Below are positions 51,524 to 60,112 of a stretch of 64,000 bases of DNA, piece by piece (position 1 is the stretch's first letter; every line of letters begins with the position of its first letter). The stretch is from Neoechinorhynchus agilis (Eukaryota > Animalia > Acanthocephala). The position numbers and the translations under genes were made by a program. The stretch is taken from assembly GCA_051530055.1 (NCBI GenBank), contig CM121341.1, positions 10,022,784 to 10,086,783 of the forward strand, written 5' to 3'. The notes beneath the pieces are model-generated. The model saw nothing but the letters and a program-made list of their open reading frames with translations, was not told the origin of the DNA and searched no databases.

Positions 51524-52320
51524 TCACTGTTCATTGCAATTAGACGCTGTTCCTATAAAAGCCCCGAAAATACAATTCTGTAGATTTGGCCATTTAGTTA
51601 CTTGTTGCACATGAGTGTCCTTTGAAACTTTTACACATTTCCACTCAGAGTCCAGCACATTGGGAACAGTTGCCAGCAAGACGGGTTCTCTTGAATTCAC
51701 CTGGGGACCGAATTCAATAGCGACTGCTGGACATTGTTCGGGAACAATTCCTTCGCCCGTCTGATTGTCAAAAGTCAAAGAGTTCACAACTACGGGTAGT
51801 CTTGATTTTGCAGCAGCTTTGTAGTTCGCAATATGAACCGATTTTGAGTTCCGAGGAAATCCGCAATGAAAGCATCGGGCAGACACAGAAACTGAGTTCT
51901 TCACTGGCCACACAGCGTTCAAATCCATTAAATTTATGATTTCGTGCTGGAGTATGCCACGGTCATTAAATTTACAATGAACGCATTGAAACGTGTAAGA
52001 CACCGAATACCTGGGAAGATTAAGATATTTCGCAAGATGTGCCAATACTGATATTGAAGCCATATTCACGAAGCTGCCAAAATCCTTAACGGTCTTCATC
52101 ATTGAACCACTTGGAACAACGTCGAAATTATACAATAGGGAATAGAAGGCAACGCCGAGAATGACAACAACATCGCGGTTCGTTACGGCGCGCATAAGAC
52201 TAAATCGCATCTCTTCCAACAGAGATTCCCATCTTCGTGATTCCAGTTCACGAAAATCAATCGGAACTGCAACGGGCACCAAGACAACTTCATTATTGTT
52301 GTATTGTTCTTGAGCACTCC
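51524..52320 (-). CDS. Hypothetical protein with two CxxC motifs
   Basis: Open frame of >250 codons with 'CVHC' and 'CFHC'; probable acceptor TTTGTAG near 52322. No family assigned. Confidence 0.5.
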
Positions 52321-52716
52321 TACAAACAGTCGATCGATTTTGTCAGGTTAGAAGACTTTTTAAATCAATATCGACCGACAACGAGTACCAATTGAACAAA
52401 CAGGGCAAAATATTACATCATTCTCGAGATTCAGTGTACAACGTGCTAAGCGGACCCGACGACCGTCGTCTGCGCATCTTAGACATTGAAGGTTCTTCGG
52501 TCTTTCCATTCTTGAAAAATATTTGCAAATAGTAGCGGAGTCTAAAACTAAGTGTTAAGTTTTAAATTAAATCCAAATATGAAAATTATCTGATTAATGC
52601 TTCTTAGTTGACTAAAACTCATGAAAACTAAAACTTTTTGAGATGAAAAATAGGTGTTAGGTGGTTACGTTTGATCAATTCGAAATATTTCGCTTCTGAT
52701 GAATGCTCATAAACGG

Positions 52717-53000
52717 CCTCGTTTCGCTTTCTTTTTTCGGTTCATTATGTTATCGCCGCTTAAAAACGAGAATAAAACCCGCTTCACAATTATCTAACAA
52801 CGGATTCGCTGAAAATATGGCTCATTATTATTGAGACAAGTGATCTTTATATTCTAACATTGAAACATGGCAACATCGAAAATATGTCTAATATCAAAAA
52901 ATTCAACCTTTAAACACCACTTTTTTCGGTGAAGCGAGTTTTATTCCCGTTTCTAAGCGGCGATCGTGAAGTGAACCGAAAGTAGGAAAGCGAACCGAGG
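52717..53000. mobile_element. MITE-like element with ~75-bp inverted arms
   Basis: CCTCGTTTCGCTTTC..TTCGGTTCA..ATCGCCGCTTA.AAACG.GAATAAAAC.CGCTTCAC mirrored at 52928-53000. Confidence 0.7.
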
Positions 53001-53014
53001 GGAATTGAAATAGA

Positions 53015-54088
53015 TTAAAAGCAGAAAAATAATTTTGATTTTCGTTATGAGTTGTGGTGATCAATATCTCCCCTTCTCCGCCCGGATAAAACGTATTTTA
53101 TTGAAATATTTCAAGTATTAAAAACAATGACGGATGAAGCTTCCTTTTGAATCGAAATATCAAAATATGCGATTTATCCGTAGGATATTGATCACCAAAT
53201 CTCTTGAACTCTATCACCCCCGAAGGATTTTCGCTCTTAATGATTTTAAATCATGGTTGGCATTCTTTAGAAACAAAATATTTGGAATTAAAGTAGATTA
53301 AAAGCAGAAAAATAATTTTGATTATCTTTATGAGTTGTGGTGATCAATATCTCCCCTTCTCCGCCCGGATAAAACGTATTTTATTGAAATATTTCAAGTA
53401 TTAAAAACAATGACGGATGAAGCTTCCTTTTGAATCGAAATATCAAAATATGCGATTTATCCGTAGGATATTGATCACCAAATCTCTTGAACTCTATCAC
53501 CCCCGAAGGATTTTCGCTCTTAATGATTTTAAATCATGGTTGGCATTCTTTAGAAACAAAATATTTGGAATTAAAGTAGATTAAAAGCAGAAAAATAATT
53601 TTGATTTTCTTTATGAATTGTGGTGACCAATATCTCCCCTCCGTCCGGATAAAACGTATTTTATTGAGATATTTAAAGTCTTAAAAATAATGACGGATGA
53701 AGCTTCCTTTGAATCGAAATATCTCCTAATAAAATATTCCGCGAGCTGGGAGGGAATCACATCTCTTGAATTCTATCATCCCCGAAGGATTTTCGCTCTT
53801 AATGATTTTAAATCATGGTTAGCATTCTTTAGAAACAAAATATTTGGAATTAAAGTAGATTCAAAGGAGAAAGATAATTTTTATTTTCTTTATGAGTTGT
53901 GGTGATCAATATCTCCCCCTCCTTCCGGATAAAACGTATTTTATTGAAATATTTAAAGTCTTAAAAACAATGACGGATGAAGCTTCCCTTTGAATCGAAA
54001 TATCTAAATATGCGTTTTATCCGGCTGATATTGATCATCAAATCTCTTGAACTCTATCATCCCCGAAGGATTTTCGCTCTTAATGATT
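53015..54088. repeat. Second array of the ~282-bp satellite, reverse-complement of 38538-39955, ~4 copies
   Basis: TGTGGTGA(T/C)CAATATCTCCCC recurs at ~53054, 53336, 53619 and 53899; units are the reverse complement of the 38.5-kb monomer. Confidence 0.95.
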
Positions 54089-54229
54089 ATTTAATTTGTT
54101 GATTTTATGAGCAAAACCTTAAAAGTTTAACGTTCTGCCAAACTTTTGGATTAGTGATTTTCTTGTGGTCTTACAAAATGGACAACACAGAAGGAAAAAG
54201 ATGAGGAAAATGTAAATAAGCTTCATTGA

Positions 54230-54420
54230 ATTACGAGCGTTTGAAAGAAGAGAAAGAGAGTGAAGAAAGGAAGAGAATTTCACGGCCAAGGATTTGGAGG
54301 TCATGATAGAAAGGAGGATTAAGGGAAATGAAGGAAGAGAAGTACAAAAAGGTTTGGAAGGGTGGGATGAGAAAACGAATTGAGTAATCAGGGTTAAACG
54401 AGAAAGAAAATGAACAGGAT
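54230..54420 (-). mobile_element. Possible degenerate LINE C-terminal relic
   Basis: The minus strand gives 'YSIRFLIPPFQT...LGREILFLPSLSFSSFKRS', resembling the '..SL..FK..L' end of CR1/L2 ORF2. Confidence 0.3.
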
Positions 54421-54732
54421 TATTGGAAGGAACTTATGAATGGGGCTCATTCGATGAGGACGAATATCGAATTTGTCCTTTTGACCATTAAACCTTCGGT
54501 GGCGTCTATGTTTTTGAAAATCTTTTTTTATCTAGAAAATAAATGGGAATTAAAGAAGAATAAATGGGTTTATTTGATAAAGTGAAACGTCTATGAACGT
54601 TGAACTTATTTTTTGCTTATTGTGTGTATTTCATTTAAATTTTTTGTTTGATGACGTATTTTAATACGTTTGCATCCCTGAAAGAATCTTGATCGTTACT
54701 GAAAAGACGGGACGCTTCAAGTGTGAGGTGTA

Positions 54733-56976
54733 ATGTCCGATTCGAGTGCTAAGAAAGTTAATCGATATATTAGCAAATATTGTCCTCAATCAGTGAATCA
54801 CAAACTTGTTTTAGCAACTGCGTATGATTTTATCGAAGGTCGAATCGATAAAGCCGATGCCTTTGAGGTTTTCAATGTACATGCCGGTCATCGAGGTTCA
54901 AAGAAGTTGCTACGTAAACTAACAAAACTTTCGAGCAAATACGACGATCGAAGAACACGATCAAGATCTCCTCTTGAGACTAATGAACATTCCAAATCAC
55001 CAAATCTACTTTACATACCGGCCGAAGGGTCTCCTGTGTCACTTGGTGCCAATTTCGTGGAATTATCAGAGTTTTTTGAGCGATATTAGATCATTTGTTT
55101 CGATTTTTGCTTTATCATTTTGGTCGATCTCATCAACATCCGAGAGGTCGTTTGATTCTGCTCCTTTCTCAGACGTTGAATGATCGGCCGAATGCAATCC
55201 TCAACAAAAACTAAATATTAATTGTTTAAAAAAGAAGAAGCTTTTTATTTGTGGCACCGATTGACGTAATCGATTTGACAACGAAAACCTGGACGCTGAA
55301 TGTCCTCCGACTGAATCGGTCCGCGATATTATGTTAGCTGCTCAACGTCAGATTCAGGAACGCCAAGCCGAAATGAACATTCGACTCGCGCCAAGAATGC
55401 CATCGGTGATTCCATCAAGCCATTCGAGTTCACTGTCCCGATTAACTCTTCCATTGATGGCAGCCGCATCTACACCTCCAACTCCTATAGAAAGCCGAGA
55501 AAGGCATTTTAAGGAAAGCTTAGAAGAAAAGACTAAGAAGATGATTGAGCTCCAGGCTCGAATCCAGAATCAAATGGGTTCTCTCGCTCAAGTGTATCCG
55601 AATATCATCGAGAAGCAGAAACCGGTATCGGTAATGATTGACAAAGAAGGTCGAACTGTTGACACGGCAACTGGCGCTGCCGTTCAAATGCCCGGACGAA
55701 TTCCGACTCTTAAAGCAAATCTTCGTGCTCAGAAGCAAAAAACAGCAACTAGTTCAATTGAAGAGAAGAAAGTTGAGGAAAAAGCAGAGAATTTCTTTAT
55801 AGATCCACGAATTGCTCTCAAGCCTGCAGTTCGTACTCGACGAAAAAACGCTCTTGTTTTTAACGAAAAAGGCAAGTATGAAGAACTTGCACGTCGCCAG
55901 CGAGCTCAAGAACGTCTTGAGTTTCTCCAACGTGAGATATTAGCGAAGGTTGGCGAAAATCAAATCGTCAAGGAAAGCAAATTCAATTTCGTTGAGAAAA
56001 GCGGTCCTGAAGGTGTTCCTGACATTGAATGGTGGGACTCGGTGATTGTCAGTAGTTACGACATTATCATTGAAAATGCCTCTGGTGACCGTCTATCTGG
56101 CATAAGTAATCTCGTGGAACATCCTATACAGATGCATCCGAAACAAATAACGGAGCAAATCACTCTTCCCATTTATCTCACCAAATACGAGCAGCGGAAA
56201 TTGCGACGGCAAAATCGAGCTGAACAGTTGAGGGAACAACAGGAAAAGGTAAGACTTGGTTTGGCTCAGCCGCCTGAACCAAAAGTGCGTCTTTCCAATC
56301 TAATGAGGGTTTTGGGAAATGAGGCTATTCAAGATCCAAGTAAAATCGAAGCCTACGTAAAAAATCAAATGGAGCGTCGGCTTAAAGCTCACCAAAATGC
56401 AAATAACGCACGCAAACTAACTGCTGAGCAAAAAAAGGCAAAGAAACGCAAAAAGCTGACTGACTTGCGTGGAGAAATGCTTCAGGCTGCCGTGTATAGA
56501 GTAGCCGATCTTTCTGATCCGGCGGTGAAGTTTAAGCTTGAAGCGAATTGCAAACAGCTCTTTATGACTGGATGTGTTGTATCCAATGTGATGAAATGTA
56601 GCACTAACGAGTAAACTAATTTTATCTTCATTTCATCACCGTAATGTGTAAAGGCGTCAATGCAGTCGTAGTCGAAGGATCTTTCAAACAACAAAAGAAA
56701 TATCAACGGCTTATGCTCCATCGAATCAAATGGGATGAAGTGTCCGTGAGAGAAGACTCGACTGATGCCAAACAGAACCATTGTTCGTTAGCTTGGCAAG
56801 GATCCGTACAGGAACGTGCTTTTAAGGATTTTCAGTTTAAAACCGTTCCTAGTGATGGTCTCGCCCGGGAAATTTTCCGGAAGCATCACGTGGAACATTA
56901 TTGGAATATTGCCATAGGTGATGTCGTTATAGAGAAATCGATGAGCAGGGAGCCGGAAATTGCAAATGATGTATAG
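54733..56976 (+). CDS. PRPF3: U4/U6 snRNP protein Prp3, with atypical introns
   Basis: Putative N-terminal PWI-like block at 54733; 'IMLAAQRQIQER', 'PDIEWWD', 'LVEHP', 'PIYLTKYEQRKLRRQ.R', 'PPEPKVRLSNLMRVLG.EAIQDPSKIEA.V..QM..R', 'NAVVVEG..QKKY.RLMLHRIKW', 'LAWQG', 'EHYW'. Confidence 0.93.
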
Positions 56977-57388
56977 GCAACGAGAGAGAGATCGCGGATG
57001 GTAAGCAACGGTAGTCGTGTCGAAAAATTAACATTTTTTTGTGAACTTTTCAATATTTTTGACCACTTAAAGAACTTGAAACTACTCCTTAATTTGTGGC
57101 ATTTTAAACATTTCAAACAATTGTTTGCAATGGATTTGCATTGCTTTTTTTGTAAAGAATAAAATCTCCTTCCTTCAAGATAATCGATGAAAACGAGATC
57201 AATGTACTCCATAGATTTTTGGACTAAAAATCAACTATCATTTTTGAGCTTTAAAAATATAAAACCGCCGGTAATTTTAGGTGGTTCCTTGTTTCAGTCA
57301 TCCTAAAAAACGTTTTGACAATTCAAATAAAACACCGCCGCTTTAACCTAAGGTCTAAATTTTTGTCTTTCAATTATTATTTATGCTT

Positions 57389-57544
57389 TTTTATGACGGT
57401 GAAAAACTAAAGGAATTTATTAAATCCGATATTTCGTAAGCACAATTCCGTGAGGTTGCTTGTAACCTTCTAGAAAGGCGTACGATCTTGTGCTTCCCAA
57501 ATATCGGATTTAATAAACTCCCTTAATTCCTCGCCGTCATAAAA
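57389..57544. repeat. Hairpin element with ~55-bp arms (dispersed AAATCCGATATTTC family)
   Basis: TTTTATGACGG..GAATTTATTAAATCCGATATTT..AAGCACAA mirrored by TTGTGCTT..AAATATCGGATTTAATAAACTC..CCGTCATAAAA. Confidence 0.65.
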
Positions 57545-58011
57545 TAAACATTTATTATTAATCAGAAATTCACTAAAATCGATTACGCGACGTAATTAAA
57601 GAGTTAAATTGACGCACTCGGCAGTGTTTCAACAACAACATTTTCCCGTCACTACTCATCGATTTTAGTCAATACTAAACGTTTATTGATCCATTGTGCA
57701 ACTGTGATTTTTTTAGCGATATTCGAACTTCGTTCTTTTGGTGTTCTTCAAAAAGTCAATCACTTTATAAAAGTCTGGAAATCCCTTTGAACACACGGTT
57801 CAGAAACGTGCATTAAAATAATATTTAAAAACGTTCATTATATTTTATTGAGGGAATATCGAAAAGGACATTAGAAAATGAGGCAAAAAAGGATTTGACC
57901 ATAAAATTTGCTCATATAAATACATTTGTTTCTTCTTTTTGTAAAAAAATTGGTCCTAGCCAAAAAAAATGATTTGACTGTAGTAAAACTCCTTAAAATG
58001 GTTTTCTTCAG

Positions 58012-58926
58012 ATGGTACGTAATGGGTTAAAATACATCAATCCTCGGAGTCCTTTGACCCAGGGCAAAGGGCCAAACGCTCTTTGGCGATACGAGTTTGA
58101 CAGAGAAATGTACGAACGGCGGATTCGTGTCGGTCCAGATCCATACAAACCACGCCGCCTCCAACTCCCATTCAACTACGAATCAGAGCTCGAGGCAATG
58201 AAACATCGATTCCAAGTGCCTAACCTTGATTCTCGTCTCCTAAAACAAGCCCTAACGGATATATCCGCCATTTCTGAGGACGATGGTATTATAATGGACG
58301 CTCAGATGGCACATAACCTTCAACTAGCACAGGAAGGTCGATCTATCACCCGGCAGAGAATCCAGACTCTTTACAGATACTGGTACCCTTTGTTGCCTAA
58401 CGAGGCACTCGATGCAATCAGCGATGATCTAATGAGTCGCGCCGGTGACTTGGCTGGACGACTCGGATTCTCTAGTCTGGTTCGGTGTGATTCTCGTGAG
58501 CCACCGACAAGTGCCACATTGGCTCAAACCTTATTCGGATTCATTGGAGCAGTCTCGAGAGACATTGGGCTCGAAAAGGCGATTGAGTTCGTAAATAGCG
58601 TTTTTCCTCATAACAGTAATCGAATGGACATTAATGAACTATGGCCTCCGAAGGATGCGGATGTTGGCCATATACTCAATGGGCTTCTGGGCGAAAATCG
58701 ATCACCAAGTGAACCAAGGTTGATGTGGACGTCAGGGGTCAATACGCCGTACGCTTGCTATGTAGTTGGTCATTATGACCGAGAAAAGGTTTTGTGTGGT
58801 TGGTCGGCTGGGCGGAGTGTAGAAGAAGCGGATCAAATGGCCATTAGAGATTCCATTAGGCGGATAATAGGAACCACTGAAGAGAATGTGTCTATGCCGA
58901 TTCATGGCCTTAACAGAATAATATAG
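58012..58926 (+). CDS. MRPL44: Mitochondrial ribosomal protein L44 (RNase III-like + dsRBD), single coding exon
   Basis: 'RVGPDPYKPRR...FNYESELEAM.HR', 'LLKQALT', 'LAQTLFGFIGAV', 'EPRL...G.NT....YVVG.Y...G...GRSVEEA..MA.RD..RR'. Confidence 0.85.
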   Translation: MVRNGLKYINPRSPLTQGKGPNALWRYEFDREMYERRIRVGPDPYKPRRLQLPFNYESELEAMKHRFQVPNLDSRLLKQALTDISAISEDDGIIMDAQMAHNLQLAQEGRSITRQRIQTLYRYWYPLLPNEALDAISDDLMSRAGDLAGRLGFSSLVRCDSREPPTSATLAQTLFGFIGAVSRDIGLEKAIEFVNSVFPHNSNRMDINELWPPKDADVGHILNGLLGENRSPSEPRLMWTSGVNTPYACYVVGHYDREKVLCGWSAGRSVEEADQMAIRDSIRRIIGTTEENVSMPIHGLNRII

Positions 58927-58954
58927 AGTATTTTCTGGGCGGAGGCAGCTACCA

Positions 58955-58982
58955 CTACTTTTTCTCTTTTTTTAAATTTCAG
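58955..58982 (+). promoter_or_regulatory. Unpaired 3' splice acceptor (polypyrimidine tract + TTTCAG) just upstream of the FAM32A ATG; candidate trans-splice site
   Basis: CTTTTTCTCTTTTTTTAAATTTCAG|ATATG within a 58-nt intergenic gap. Confidence 0.5.
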
Positions 58983-58984
58983 AT

Positions 58985-59299
58985 ATGGAATATTGCTGTG
59001 CAGGCGGTCCACTGAAGCTTAAGACAACGAATCGTGTCGTAAGAAAGCGTATCAAAAATGAAGTCATTCCTGTTGAGTCGACGACGGCCGAACCCAACAA
59101 GATGACGACGACAGCCATTCCAATGGATGGCCGTACAAAGGCAGAACTAAGGTTCGAGTTAGCACGCCAAAAAAGACTAGCTCAACAGTTGAACAAAAAG
59201 GAACTAAAGACCCATAAACAGCGAGTAGAAGAATTTAATGATAAACTTGAGAAATTAACAGAGTACAACGACATACCTAAAGTCAGCTGGACCAAATAA
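58985..59299 (+). CDS. FAM32A: FAM32A-family nuclear protein
   Basis: 'GPLKLK' and 'KTHKQRVEEFN..L..LTEYNDIPKVSWTK*' match the FAM32A termini. Confidence 0.95.
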   Translation: MEYCCAGGPLKLKTTNRVVRKRIKNEVIPVESTTAEPNKMTTTAIPMDGRTKAELRFELARQKRLAQQLNKKELKTHKQRVEEFNDKLEKLTEYNDIPKVSWTK

Positions 59300-59379
59300 T
59301 CAAAAAATCAGACGAAAATAAAATCTTTATTTATTCACGTTACGTTGGTGATTATAAAATAGAGACCTTTCTCTTATTG

Positions 59380-59460
59380 ATCTCAATATTTCGTTTGTTT
59401 CGATGGACAATTTGCGAAACAACCTGAAGAAGTCTAACGAAACAAATGAAATATTCAGAT
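59380..59460. mobile_element. Short hairpin element related to 47134-47295
   Basis: ATCTCAATATTTTCGTTTGTTTCG ... CCTGAAGAAGTCTAACGAAACAAATGAAATATTCAGAT. Confidence 0.6.
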
Positions 59461-60112
59461 CAATTATTATAATTCGCTATAAAAAAAGTAAATCAATAAA
59501 ACAGTCTCAGTTTTTGTAATCACCAAAGAACACAAACGAACTTTGAGATTTTTATCCTTCATGATAACATTCGGGTGAAAAGTAATCCTCTTGTGGCAAT
59601 TCACACCCCAAGAGTCAGTTTAAAAAGGTGAGCATGGCCCACGAAATATTACAAAATAAAACTGACTCGCGGGGTGTGAATCTCAACAAGAGGATTTGAC
59701 ATTTTTGTCTCGAGAATTCTTCCGGATATCAAGTGTTTTGTCGTCATCTATCGCACCATGCCGATTTTTCCATTAGATTTTTGGCATGTTGTGTGACGCC
59801 ATCCAAACGTCACAGTGCGCCGCATTTTGTGCTTATAACTTTATTTTTCGTTAAAATATTTCGACAAAAAGGTGGAAGCCTCATTTTTTTTATTATTTTC
59901 AAAGCAAAAAAATCAATCGATGATGAGAGTGGACTTTCTTGGGTTTTTTAACATTTTATGACCTTTTTTCCCAAAAAAGGGAGGGAATACGTGATTTGCA
60001 CGACTAATTTTCTCTATAACTAAAAGATATTGGAGTTTTAAAATCCTTTTGTTCTTATTCGTCCATATTGGTTGTTTTTTCTTCTTTCAAACACAGGATA
60101 AATTGAAATTTT

